Shown piece after piece: positions 52,406 through 61,778 of a DNA stretch of 64,000 bases (the stretch's first letter is position 1; each line of letters begins with the position of its first letter). A program made the translations under genes and the position numbers. The notes under the pieces are model-generated. The model made no database searches, was not told the origin of the DNA, and saw nothing but the letters and a program-made list of their open reading frames with translations. Origin of the DNA: Candidatus Bathyarchaeota archaeon (GTDB lineage: Archaea; Thermoproteota; Bathyarchaeia; Bathyarchaeales; Bathycorpusculaceae); NCBI GenBank assembly GCA_963832745.1, contig CAWHVC010000002.1:32001-96000 (forward strand), read 5' to 3'.

Positions 52406-53191
52406 TTAAAAACTTAAGATATCGAAGTTGCCATCAACCTTCTCCTGAATTAATTCCATTGTGCACATAGGCGCTCGAATATACTTTGCATAAAAAGCAC
52501 CATCCTTACTTCTAACGTATGGGAAAACTTCATCATCAAAACCGCTCGTGGAAAACAACAACACTCTACTAGGATATCTTCTTCCCATCTTGGCTAGAAC
52601 GTCTATAACGTTTTGTCTAACCTCCTTGACTTGATTGATAGAAACTGGGTCAATTTGGTCAATGCGTTTTGCAAAAATACTGAGGTCTTTTGAAATAGCA
52701 AAAAAACGTCCAAATCTATCTACGTTATGAATTATAACGTCAAAGAGGTATTCTTTTCCACTTTGCCCTTTGATGCTTGAGTTCAGCTGTTTGGATTTAG
52801 GATTTTTAATAACAATCTCTCTCGTACGCTTGTCAGTCTTCACTAATTGATTGAATATTCGCTCTGGGGGAGATTCGCCTTTAACTGGAACCATGCTGAA
52901 AGAAATTTCTTGTATAGTAAATTCAAGTTTTCGTATGACTCCTGTGAGCGCTCCAGGAATGTACAAGATTGCAATATACGATACAACTGATGAGAAAACA
53001 AGAAAGGCAAATACTACAAGGTAAATAACTGAAAAACTCAGAACAAGAGCAAATATTGCGAAAACCGCTATGCCAAATATTGCTGAGGGCATAGCTAAAA
53101 GAAGCAACCAACTCATCAATTCTCTTCTTTTTCTGAATTTTGCGATTGACTCTCGTAATGGTTGTAAGGGCATATTATCTTCTTCATTCAT
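52406..53191 (-). CDS. Two TM helices + Mrr-like restriction-endonuclease-fold domain
   Basis: Hydrophobic hairpin; IKGQSGKEYLFDV; LLFSTSGF. Confidence 0.55.
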   Translation of the reverse strand: MNEEDNMPLQPLRESIAKFRKRRELMSWLLLLAMPSAIFGIAVFAIFALVLSFSVIYLVVFAFLVFSSVVSYIAILYIPGALTGVIRKLEFTIQEISFSMVPVKGESPPERIFNQLVKTDKRTREIVIKNPKSKQLNSSIKGQSGKEYLFDVIIHNVDRFGRFFAISKDLSIFAKRIDQIDPVSINQVKEVRQNVIDVLAKMGRRYPSRVLLFSTSGFDDEVFPYVRSKDGAFYAKYIRAPMCTMELIQEKVDGNFDILSF

Positions 53192-53192
53192 A

Positions 53193-53642
53193 TCATTTTT
53201 TCTCCTCAGGTTTTGGAAGATAAACTGAATGAGTCATGGTCATCACGGCTTGAAACCCGTTTTCAAAAATGACTCCAAATCCTTTCTCTGTCAAAACAAC
53301 ATTGCGATCGACTAGTCCACTATCTTGATTATATCGTTTGGGTTGACTCCAGCCAAGCCAATCTTGTCTTATGCCCTCATCAATAGCTTCATGCAATGCA
53401 TTGTTTTCTATGGCTCGATCATATCTATTAGCCAAACGCTTCCTAATTTCATACATGGAAATACCAGTTTCACGCACTATGTTTGAAGCATTTTTTTCGA
53501 GTAGTCGCTTATCGTCTTCCGTAAACGCGCCGTCAACAACATGCTGCTTTCTTTGCCATTGATATGCAGATTCGTAGTTTTCTCTCAGCATTTTCATTAT
53601 TAGATAGAGCCTCGCAGTGACATTCATTAGACTATTCGGCAA
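53193..53642 (-). CDS. Hypothetical winged-helix-like protein
   Basis: GISMYEIRKRL ... VVLTEKG wing; stop 1 nt before next gene. Confidence 0.5.
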   Translation of the reverse strand: MPNSLMNVTARLYLIMKMLRENYESAYQWQRKQHVVDGAFTEDDKRLLEKNASNIVRETGISMYEIRKRLANRYDRAIENNALHEAIDEGIRQDWLGWSQPKRYNQDSGLVDRNVVLTEKGFGVIFENGFQAVMTMTHSVYLPKPEEKK

Positions 53643-54124
53643 ATCTTTTCCACGCTTGGAAGACCTCTTAGTATCTTGTTTCTAATAGTTTTTTGGCTTT
53701 TAAGCGATATTGAAGCTGGGCTTCACTATAGGTAAGGCTCGATACAATGCCTGTTAGATGGGCTTGATTGTATTGAATGCTAACTTCCACACCTGCTTTT
53801 ATTCCTGTAATGGTTGATTTTTTAATTAAATAGGAGGAAATAGAAATAGGAATCATCGATAGTTGGTACAGCTTGAGTAACTGGCGTAAGGGAATAATTT
53901 CAATACTGACCGTTATGTGGTTTGCTTTCTCCGGAAGCATAATAATTTCGCTGCAGAACTCTCTTTTGTTTGTAGTATTGGGGCTTTGTTCCCTTTGGCT
54001 TTTGTTCATCGCTGTATCATATATTGTGACCAAATTGTTCACAGAAAGCTATTGAAAAGGAGCGGCCTTTTCTTAGCTCCCCATTTTTTCTGTTTTGACT
54101 CAAAAGTGTAATAGTTTGACTAGT

Positions 54125-54432
54125 AGAACAACAACAGTTGAATAATTTTGTTTGTTGTTGTTCTTTCGATTTAGCGGAAGAAGAAGGTTGCTGCAGGGGC
54201 GTTTCTTCTTCTTTCAGTTAATTGGTGCTTCTAATTTGATCGGTAGAACAACAACAATGCACTGCGATATGTTGTTGTTCTTTCAAACTTTGGCTGCTTA
54301 AGAGAAGAAGAAAAAGTTGGCAACTGCACGAGTGTTTTTTCTTTTTTTCAGTTGGTTTATTCTTTGAGGTGCCTTAAGTTGAAAGAAGAAGAACGGGCTT
54401 TTCTGTAGGAATTCAGCCGTTTTTCTTCTTCT
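54125..54432. repeat. Array of five inverted repeats with (AAC)n/(AAG)n arms
   Basis: Units start at 54125, 54177, 54245, 54303, 54384; e.g. AGAACAACAACA-N16-TGTTGTTGTTCT. Confidence 0.85.
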
Positions 54433-54447
54433 ACATTAACTGCTTAA

Positions 54448-55212
54448 CTAAGCTGGCTTTTCTTGGTCTGCCTTTAAGTATTTCATCCACTCGACTAATG
54501 CCTTAGCCGTCTCTAGCTGCTCCCGAGTCAAATAATCCAAAAACTCATTTCGCTTCTTCCTTAATTCATAGTCGCTTTCAACTACATGCCAGATTTTTTC
54601 AAACGCGTTCCAACCCTTCTTGCCAACGGATTCCTTAACGTAATTGATAGGGCGGTTCATGTAGAAAAAGCCCAATACTAAATTGTCAAAGGCGTTTTTT
54701 CTCAAAGTTTCGTCTTCTAGGCGGAAGTTTACCCCAACGGTTGATAGGCTCACTAGGTTGTAATAGCCAACATTGTATTGGTATTCAACGTTTAGTGCTT
54801 GTAGTATCCGGTCGAATAGTTCCTGTTCGCAATTTGCAGAAGCGAATTTGTCCCATTTTTTAAAAACGAGCAGCATCTCTTCATGCGTTTTTGCTATTTC
54901 ACGCATTTCTGAAGCGTAAAACTTCACCGTACGGGACCTTAGGTAATAAAAAACCAAACCGTAGAAACTGAGCCTGTAAAGGCGCAGTTCTTTTCCTCTA
55001 GGCGAGGTGCGCTCTAGCCGAAAACTAACGAGCTTATTCTCGCTTAGTTCTGATATGGCGCGTAGGATTGTTGAGTAGTTTTTGCCTGTTTGCTTGGCGA
55101 TTTCTTCTACGCTTGATTCTTTGTGGATTGCCAGGTAAGCTAATGGTGTGAGTAGGGATTCCATCTTTTTACCCTGAGATTCATTATGCATAGTTGCGCC
55201 TCTATTGTGCAT
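54448..55212 (-). CDS. Winged-helix regulator (probable element repressor)
   Basis: SVEEIAKQTGKNYSTILRAISEL...YRLSFYG; divergent from AbrB-integrase. Confidence 0.75.
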   Translation of the reverse strand: MHNRGATMHNESQGKKMESLLTPLAYLAIHKESSVEEIAKQTGKNYSTILRAISELSENKLVSFRLERTSPRGKELRLYRLSFYGLVFYYLRSRTVKFYASEMREIAKTHEEMLLVFKKWDKFASANCEQELFDRILQALNVEYQYNVGYYNLVSLSTVGVNFRLEDETLRKNAFDNLVLGFFYMNRPINYVKESVGKKGWNAFEKIWHVVESDYELRKKRNEFLDYLTREQLETAKALVEWMKYLKADQEKPA

Positions 55213-55245
55213 AAAAAATGTTAATATTGCATTTAAACATTATGC

Positions 55246-55464
55246 ATGACAGCGCATAATGGAGAACCAAGCATGCCCATAATTAGAAGCATCCTCAACC
55301 TTGGCAACAGCAAAGCAGTCACCATACCCAAATCATGGCTAGCAAACGCCGAAAACCAGACAGGAAAGAAAGGAATCGCTATAGCAATGGATGTCAACGA
55401 AAGCATAACTCTGCAACCAGTTTTTGAAAAAGAAACAAAACCATTACTGCAAAGCGTACCCTAA
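55246..55464 (+). CDS. AbrB/MazE-like DNA-binding protein
   Basis: RSILNLGNSKAVTIPKSW. Confidence 0.75.
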   Translation: MTAHNGEPSMPIIRSILNLGNSKAVTIPKSWLANAENQTGKKGIAIAMDVNESITLQPVFEKETKPLLQSVP

Positions 55465-55483
55465 AAAAACGGTTAGAGAGGAA

Positions 55484-56743
55484 ATGGCTGGACTTATCGA
55501 TGAAACAATTGTTCCGGATGTAAACAACGGTAAGTCACCATCCGCTAGCGAAACCAACGCTGTTACTAATTGTCCACAATGCAAATCCCAAAAAGTATGG
55601 CGTGATGGTAACAGACAATATTATGGTCAAAAAATCCAACGCTGGATCTGCAGAGATTGTGGCCTACGATTCTCAGACCCAAACGAGCTACAGCAAGCAA
55701 AGAAAGCCGTTGAAATCCTTTCAACTGTTGATACGAAGTCATTAAAAACATTCGAGGACATAGTAGCTAAAGGCCAAATATGCGTCATGGAGACGAAAAA
55801 CTTGGCGGCAGAACCTCAAACAACCGAAGTTCTGCGGAGAAACGAAAACGACGTTAAAGGAAAAATCCTCGAATACATCTGGTGGTTGAAAAAGAACGGC
55901 TACAGCGAACAAACAATCCTCGGACGCTCAAAACTGCTCTTAGTCATGGTAAAACGCGGCGCAAACCTCTACGACCCTGAAACAATCAAAACAGTCATAG
56001 CCAAACAAACCTGGAGCAACGGCAGAAAAAACAACGCAGTAGACGCCTACAGCTCTTTTCTAAAAATGGCAGGCGGCAAATGGGACGCCCCACTATACCA
56101 ATGCATACGCAAACTACCCTTCATCCCCAAAGAAACAGAAATCGACCAGCTCATCGCAGGCTGCACCCAACGCATGGCAACCTTCCTACAGATGCTCAAA
56201 GAAACAGGCGCAAGATGCGGCGAAATCTGGCCACTAAAATGGGACGACATAGACTTCGAAAGCAAAGTCGTAAACATAACAGCCGAAAAACACAGCAACC
56301 CAAGAGTCGTACACCTAACCAACAAACTCCTAGAAATGCTCCAAGCTCTACCCAAAGACTACGGCAATAGAATCTTCTCTTTCCCTCACATGCCAGTAGA
56401 TCACTTCGGAACCCTCCTAGGCATGCAACGAAAACGATTAGCCAATAAGCTCCAAAACCCAAGACTACAAAAAATCCACTTCCACACCTTCCGCTACTGG
56501 AAAGGCACAATGACTTACCACGAAACCAAAGACCTGCTTTACACCATGCAAAAACTCGGACACAAAAGCTACAAAAACACACTGCTATACGTTCAACTTG
56601 AAGAAGCGTTATTCCAAGGCGAAACCAACTACGTCTCAAAAGTCGCTAAGAACGAGAAAGAAATCTGCAGTCTAATAGAAGCCGGCTTTGAATACATTAC
56701 TGAGTTTCAGGGCGCTAAAATCTTTAGAAAAAGGAAGCTTTAA
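55484..56743 (+). CDS. int: Tyrosine integrase with N-terminal zinc ribbon
   Basis: CPQC...CRDC; catalytic GAR, K, HTFR, LGH, Y; adjacent to tRNA att. Confidence 0.93.
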   Translation: MAGLIDETIVPDVNNGKSPSASETNAVTNCPQCKSQKVWRDGNRQYYGQKIQRWICRDCGLRFSDPNELQQAKKAVEILSTVDTKSLKTFEDIVAKGQICVMETKNLAAEPQTTEVLRRNENDVKGKILEYIWWLKKNGYSEQTILGRSKLLLVMVKRGANLYDPETIKTVIAKQTWSNGRKNNAVDAYSSFLKMAGGKWDAPLYQCIRKLPFIPKETEIDQLIAGCTQRMATFLQMLKETGARCGEIWPLKWDDIDFESKVVNITAEKHSNPRVVHLTNKLLEMLQALPKDYGNRIFSFPHMPVDHFGTLLGMQRKRLANKLQNPRLQKIHFHTFRYWKGTMTYHETKDLLYTMQKLGHKSYKNTLLYVQLEEALFQGETNYVSKVAKNEKEICSLIEAGFEYITEFQGAKIFRKRKL

Positions 56744-56800
56744 CATGATAAAAAACCGCCTAACATCGCCAGGAAAAACCCCCTGTAGTTTATTTATATA

Positions 56801-56888
56801 TGGTGCAGGGGGTGGGATTCGAACCCACGAACGCCTACGCGATAGGGTCCTAAGCCCTACTCCGTTGACCTGGCTTGGAGACCCCTGC
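56801..56888 (-). tRNA. tRNA-Leu(TAG), CCA encoded
   Basis: GCAGGGG acceptor, CT-TAG-GA loop, long variable arm, GGTTCGAATCC, ends ACCA. Confidence 0.95.
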
Positions 56889-57062
56889 AAACCCTATTTT
56901 CAGTTGAAGATGATGAGTATCCTTAATATTTGTTTATCTCCCCAAAGCGCTGAAAAACTGCAAACCATGCCGTGTCGGAACAGGTAGTTCAAAGTATTCC
57001 AAATCTGACTGAGGTATTTTAATAATTTATTTGGTAACTATTTGGTGTAGCGAGTTTTTATT

Positions 57063-58223
57063 GTGAAAAATAGTGAAAAAAGCGGACGCCATGCTCGCAT
57101 TCTAGTTGTTGACTCAGAAAAAAACAGCCTTAAAACCGCTTCTTCCCAACTGAAAACTAACGGTTACTTGGTGGACACTGCCGAAAACGCGTGCCAGGCA
57201 ATACAAAAAACCCTCCACACCCGCTTCAATCTCCTGCTCATCGCAGTAACGCTTCCAGATATGCCGGGCGCTAAACTGTTAACACGAATACACGAAACCT
57301 TTCCAAAAACAAGAAAAATCATGCTCACAAACTATCAAACACTCAAGGATGCAGTATACGCGGTTCAACTGGGCGCAGACGCCTATCTTGTAAAACCTTT
57401 TGACGAGGAAAAACTGCTTCACGTTGTTGAAACGCAGATTGAAAAGCAAAGACGTAACGTTGGACAGAAGAGCAGCAAAAGTGCAAACGTGCTTTTTCTT
57501 GGTGCACACCCTGATGATATTGAACTTGGATGCGGCGGCACTTTAATTAAGCATGTGCAGCGCGGGGACAACGTTTATGCTTTGATTTTTACAAACGGCG
57601 AAAGAGGTATTCCTGAAAATGTTTTAAAAGATGGAGTTGATAGGCAGCAGGAGAGTCTTCAAGCGCTTAAACTTGCCAATGTACCATTCTCTAACATATA
57701 TTTTCTGCAGTATCCTGACACAGAATTATGGCAGCATCGTCAAGATGTAATGAATACAATATCAAAATTTTGTGAAACCTTCCAAATACAACTTATTTAT
57801 ACTCACACTAACAAGGCACAACATCAGGACCACGTTACTATCTTTGATGAGACGATGCGGGGCGCAAAGAAAGCGTGGGGTATAATGGCTTATGAATCGC
57901 TTGGTGCTACAAACCCTTCTTTTTCCCCTAACATGTTTGTGGACGTAACGGATGTTATGGCCAAAAAAATTGCTATGCTAAACTATCATAAATCCCAAGT
58001 CTGCAAAAGCTACCTAAAAGTTGAATCAGTAGTGGCGCTTGCACAGTTCAGGTCTTCGCAGTCAGAAGAATTTCATTATGCCGAAGCTTTCGAAATAATC
58101 AAAATGACGCTACGTTCAGGTTTACGTAAAGAAGAGTTTTCCGTTAGGGACCTTTTAGAGTTAGCTTCAAGTGCATTTACACAAAAGAATGGTGAAGCTC
58201 CAATTCATGGTCTATCTTTTTAA
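57063..58223 (+). CDS. Receiver-like domain fused to PIG-L/LmbE de-N-acetylase
   Basis: ILVVD...LPDMPG...AYLVKPF; AHPDDIE, HQDH, HKSQ, AEAF. Confidence 0.85.
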   Translation: MKNSEKSGRHARILVVDSEKNSLKTASSQLKTNGYLVDTAENACQAIQKTLHTRFNLLLIAVTLPDMPGAKLLTRIHETFPKTRKIMLTNYQTLKDAVYAVQLGADAYLVKPFDEEKLLHVVETQIEKQRRNVGQKSSKSANVLFLGAHPDDIELGCGGTLIKHVQRGDNVYALIFTNGERGIPENVLKDGVDRQQESLQALKLANVPFSNIYFLQYPDTELWQHRQDVMNTISKFCETFQIQLIYTHTNKAQHQDHVTIFDETMRGAKKAWGIMAYESLGATNPSFSPNMFVDVTDVMAKKIAMLNYHKSQVCKSYLKVESVVALAQFRSSQSEEFHYAEAFEIIKMTLRSGLRKEEFSVRDLLELASSAFTQKNGEAPIHGLSF

Positions 58224-58251
58224 AGATTAATTCTTTGGAGGCAAAAATAAA

Positions 58252-59202
58252 ATGAATATTTTGGTCACCGGCGCTGGCGGACCGGCTGGTGTGGGGACAA
58301 TTAAAGCGTTAGATGGAGCACATTTTGTTGTTGCTGTTGATTCCAATAATCTTGCCCCTGGACTTTATCTCGCCAATCAAGCCTACGTTGTTCCCTCAGC
58401 AGAAGATTCAATGTTTATTTCTAAAATTTTGGAAATCTGCGAAAAAGAACATGTTTCCATGGTGATTCCAACTGTTAGTGAAGAGTTGCTGCCTTTTTCA
58501 CGTAATTTAAAGCTGTTTGAGCAGAGAGGCGTTAAGGTAGCTGTTTCAAATCCTGATTCAATCGAGGTTGCCAATGATAAGTTGAAGACTTATAGTTTTT
58601 TTAGGGGTGAATCTTTCTGTCCTGAAGTATATTCTGAAGTTAACCCCAAGTTTCCTTGCGTAGTTAAACCAATCAATTCCCGAGGTTCAAGAGGCTTTTA
58701 CATTTGCGAAAACCATGACGATTTAAAAGTTGCATTAGAAAAGAATCACCGTGCAGGATACCACTCTGTTGTTATGGAACTTCTAAGAGGAACTGAATAC
58801 TCCATTTACGGCCTCTCTGACTTAAACGCTCAACCACTGGTTTGCGTTATAAACAAAAGAATCCGCGCTTTAGGCGAATCAAAAGTTGCAAAAATTGTTT
58901 TAAGCCCTGAACTTGAAGATTTAGCCAACGACATCGCAAGAAAACTCCAGTTGGTAGGGCCTTGGAACGTGCAGTTGATGGGTTACAACTGTTTTTTTAA
59001 ACTTGTTGAAGTTAACCCCCGAGTTGCGGGTTCTTTATCGTTAGTGGTTGCTTCGGGCTTAAACTTTGTTGATTTAATCTTAAAAATTTTTACTGGTGAA
59101 AAAATTGAGGCAAAAGAACTTCAATTCAAGCCTGGATTAATCATGACTCGGTATAATGAAGAGCTTTTTTTAAATCCTGATGCGGTTATGCATATTGCTT
59201 GA
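58252..59202 (+). CDS. ATP-grasp protein
   Basis: ILVTGAG, DKLKT, VVKP..RGSRG, EVNPR. Confidence 0.85.
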   Translation: MNILVTGAGGPAGVGTIKALDGAHFVVAVDSNNLAPGLYLANQAYVVPSAEDSMFISKILEICEKEHVSMVIPTVSEELLPFSRNLKLFEQRGVKVAVSNPDSIEVANDKLKTYSFFRGESFCPEVYSEVNPKFPCVVKPINSRGSRGFYICENHDDLKVALEKNHRAGYHSVVMELLRGTEYSIYGLSDLNAQPLVCVINKRIRALGESKVAKIVLSPELEDLANDIARKLQLVGPWNVQLMGYNCFFKLVEVNPRVAGSLSLVVASGLNFVDLILKIFTGEKIEAKELQFKPGLIMTRYNEELFLNPDAVMHIA

Positions 59203-60637
59203 ACTATTTTTAGGCGCCCTAATACTTGTCGGTTACATAGTGATAATTCTAATACTGGTACTGATGTTGTTAGCGCCCTTTAACAAACTTAGGTACCTGC
59301 ATGTTCATTTTGACGAAGACTACCGACCGACTTTTTCCTTAATCGTGTTAGCGTATAATGAAGAAAAAGTTATAGAAAGAACAATTCAGATGTTCCTAAA
59401 AACAGATTATCCGGATGACAAAAAAGAAATCATAATAGTAAACGATGGTTCAAAAGACAAAACAGGTGAAATTGCAGCAAAATACGCCTCAAAAATTATC
59501 CAAGCCGAAACCTGCAGCACTCAACTCACCTTTTCAAAAATTAAAAACGTCACTTTAGTAAATCGAAAAACTGGCGGAAAAGGAAAAGCTTACGTTGCCA
59601 ATGAGGGTAGAAAATATGCGTCTGGAGAAATACTGTTTTTCATCGATGCTGATGTCAGGCTTACTCAAAGTGTTTTCAAAAATGCGGCAAGGCATTTTAA
59701 AGACCAAAAAGTAGGTGCTGTCGCTGGATACGTGGATGTTTTTGAGAAAAACGAGATTCTTAACAAGTTTGTAGATTTTGAATCTGCAACTGCCCAAAAA
59801 ATTGTGCGCCTCGGCTACGACACAATGGGTATACATTATATTATTCCTGGTGGTTGTGCGATTTTTCGTAAAAGTGTCATTGAAGAGTTGGGTGGTTATC
59901 AGCATGATACTTTGGCTGAAGACACTGACATTACTTGGCGAATTTCAACCGAATCAAATGTAAATATTCATTTTGACCCTTCAATAGTTGTAGTTGCGGA
60001 TGAGCCTACAACTTTAACTGGTTTATGGCATCAAAGAGTTCGTTGGGCAAGAGGCAACTTCGCTGTAACCCTGAAACACAGGGGAAAAATAGGCAAACGG
60101 CGCTACCATAAAGCTGCAACCATCGGCTACCCTTTCTGGTTAAGCAACATAATTGCTCCTTTAACTTTCATTTTTGTCTCTATTGCGTTGATTCTTAACA
60201 GTTTATTTTATATCAATTCCGAGTTTATCTCTTCTTTTGGAAGATTTTTGACTTTTTCTTTTTTCTTTATTCTCGCCGCAGGCATAATTGTCAACAGGGG
60301 TAGGTCATGGTTTGGCGGTTTCATGGCGCCCGGCGTGCCTCTTCTACTTTATTTATTGTCTAACCTTTTTGACCAAGCAGGCATAGTTGGTATACTGGAC
60401 AATTTTGGCTACTTTTATTACGCGCGTTTGGTTGGTTACTTTTTTGCGTTTTGGCTGTTTTTTTCAGTAGCTGGCACTTGGGTTTCTCTAAAAATTTATC
60501 CGAAGCATCCGAGGGTAGCTACTTTTTTGCAGCTTGGCTTTTTCGGCTACTGGATACTGCTTGTGTCTGCAGTGTTATACGGTTACTATACAGAGTTAGC
60601 AAAGAAAGATATGATTTGGATAAGAACCGAACGGTGA
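59180..60637 (+). CDS. Processive GT2 glycosyltransferase (IcaA/PgaC/cellulose-synthase-like)
   Basis: AYNEE, NDGS.D, GKA, DAD, LAED, QRVRW; multiple TM helices. Confidence 0.9.
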   Translation: MRLCILLELFLGALILVGYIVIILILVLMLLAPFNKLRYLHVHFDEDYRPTFSLIVLAYNEEKVIERTIQMFLKTDYPDDKKEIIIVNDGSKDKTGEIAAKYASKIIQAETCSTQLTFSKIKNVTLVNRKTGGKGKAYVANEGRKYASGEILFFIDADVRLTQSVFKNAARHFKDQKVGAVAGYVDVFEKNEILNKFVDFESATAQKIVRLGYDTMGIHYIIPGGCAIFRKSVIEELGGYQHDTLAEDTDITWRISTESNVNIHFDPSIVVVADEPTTLTGLWHQRVRWARGNFAVTLKHRGKIGKRRYHKAATIGYPFWLSNIIAPLTFIFVSIALILNSLFYINSEFISSFGRFLTFSFFFILAAGIIVNRGRSWFGGFMAPGVPLLLYLLSNLFDQAGIVGILDNFGYFYYARLVGYFFAFWLFFSVAGTWVSLKIYPKHPRVATFLQLGFFGYWILLVSAVLYGYYTELAKKDMIWIRTER

Positions 60638-60642
60638 CAAAA

Positions 60643-61221
60643 ATGGACGATTATCACATTCACACTAAAGCCACTGACGGCAAAGCCGCCCCTGCAGAAA
60701 TCATAAAACTTGCACGGCAACTCAACATGGACACAATTGCATTTACTGAACACATTTCAAAAACTCCCACATATGACTGGTTTGAACTAAGAGAAGCAAT
60801 ACTTAGCCTTGACTGGGCAGGCGTAAACGTGCTGGTCGGTATCGAAGCAAAAGTTCTTAACGAGTCAGGGGATTTGAACGTTGACCGTGACGTTTTTTCT
60901 TCTGCAGATTTGGTGCTTGGCGCCCTTCATGGCGAAGGCCGTGTAGAGTGGCTTTTAGAATCAGATTGTGACATAATTGCGCATCCACAAATAGATAGTG
61001 GCAATGCAGAGCGATTTATTGACTGCCCCAAAGTATTGGAAATAAATTCGAAGCACCAATTGCCTTTTGAGATTTTGGACAAACTTGTTTTGGATACAAG
61101 CAACGTTTTTTGTTTTGGCTCAGACACGCATGAAATAGGTGATTTTGTTGTTGCCCAAGACTATTTTGCGGCTGTGTTGGAACGGTACCCAAAAATAAGG
61201 CTATTTAAAGCAAAAAATTAA
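60643..61221 (+). CDS. PHP-family phosphoesterase
   Basis: DYHIHT..DG, TEH, GIE, AHP, EIN, GSDTH. Confidence 0.85.
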   Translation: MDDYHIHTKATDGKAAPAEIIKLARQLNMDTIAFTEHISKTPTYDWFELREAILSLDWAGVNVLVGIEAKVLNESGDLNVDRDVFSSADLVLGALHGEGRVEWLLESDCDIIAHPQIDSGNAERFIDCPKVLEINSKHQLPFEILDKLVLDTSNVFCFGSDTHEIGDFVVAQDYFAAVLERYPKIRLFKAKN

Positions 61222-61459
61222 GCTCAATCGTTAGAAGAAACCTGATGATTGCCTATTTACCGCTTATTTGGTTCCTAATAGGAATTGTATGCAGAAACTT
61301 ATAGAGGGTAGGCTGGTGACCAAAAATCAAACCAAAAAAAACATGTTGTATCCCTGCTTTGCTGTTTCTGTATGCATATTTTGCTTGCTTGAACGCGTGT
61401 TTTGACCGTAAGCATTTTATTGACAAGACGCATTGTTTCACGAAGAACAACACACGTGT

Positions 61460-61536
61460 GCCTTCGTAGCCTAGCCCGGTGGGGCGTTACCTTGGTAAGG
61501 TAATGGTCGCGGGTCCAAATCCCGCCGAAGGCTCCA
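61460..61536 (+). tRNA. tRNA-Thr(GGT), CCA encoded
   Basis: GCCTTCG/CGAAGGC acceptor, TTACC-TTGGTAA-GGTAA anticodon arm, GCGGG/CCCGC T-stem, ends TCCA. Confidence 0.9.
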
Positions 61537-61752
61537 ACTTTGCCCTGAATTTTGAGTTTGAGCTTGTTTTGCGACTTGATTATTGTTGCAATATTCCGCA
61601 GCACTGTTGCAGTTTTCCGCAACGCCGAGCAAACCAGATTCTGCCCGCATTTTTTCTGCTTTGACTTTCAAGCGGTGACGCAATGAGCGTTGATAATTCG
61701 GACTGAAACTGGATGGATTTCGAAGAAATTCTTGTTCTGTTTTTGAAAGCAT
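61471..61752 (-). CDS. Small basic hypothetical protein reading into tRNA-Thr
   Basis: MLSKTEQEFLRNP...YQRSLRHRLKVK; C-terminus is tRNA antisense. Confidence 0.4.
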   Translation of the reverse strand: MLSKTEQEFLRNPSSFSPNYQRSLRHRLKVKAEKMRAESGLLGVAENCNSAAEYCNNNQVAKQAQTQNSGQSWSLRRDLDPRPLPYQGNAPPG

Positions 61753-61778
61753 AAAAAAAATTATGGGTTGAGCGATAT

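Larger units (their letters stand above)
33262..56821. mobile_element. ~23.5 kb integrative element at tRNA-Leu(TAG) carrying defence-like cargo
   Basis: Flanking 21-bp direct repeats; tyrosine integrase next to tRNA; regulators, TA and nuclease cargo. Confidence 0.9.

Noticed and set aside
53668-54111. Several overlapping 60-124 aa ORFs
   Set aside because: No motifs, mutually overlapping on both strands; cannot choose a real gene
54189-54201. att-like TGCTGCAGGGGCG inside hairpin 2
   Set aside because: Only 10/13 match in a short GC-rich word; likely chance
54125-54432. CRISPR array
   Set aside because: Units are inverted repeats with two arm types and irregular spacing; no constant direct repeat and no cas genes
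56047-56639. Antisense and alternate-frame ORFs within the integrase and other long genes
   Set aside because: Shadow ORFs from codon bias of well-supported genes
33262-56821. Provirus
   Set aside because: No recognisable capsid, terminase, portal or tail genes; highly divergent virion genes cannot be fully excluded
58252-59202. ATP-grasp as a RiPP (graspetide) maturase for the GPAP peptide at 28810
   Set aside because: 29 kb apart; operon context is glycan synthesis; the peptide has a Sec-type signal
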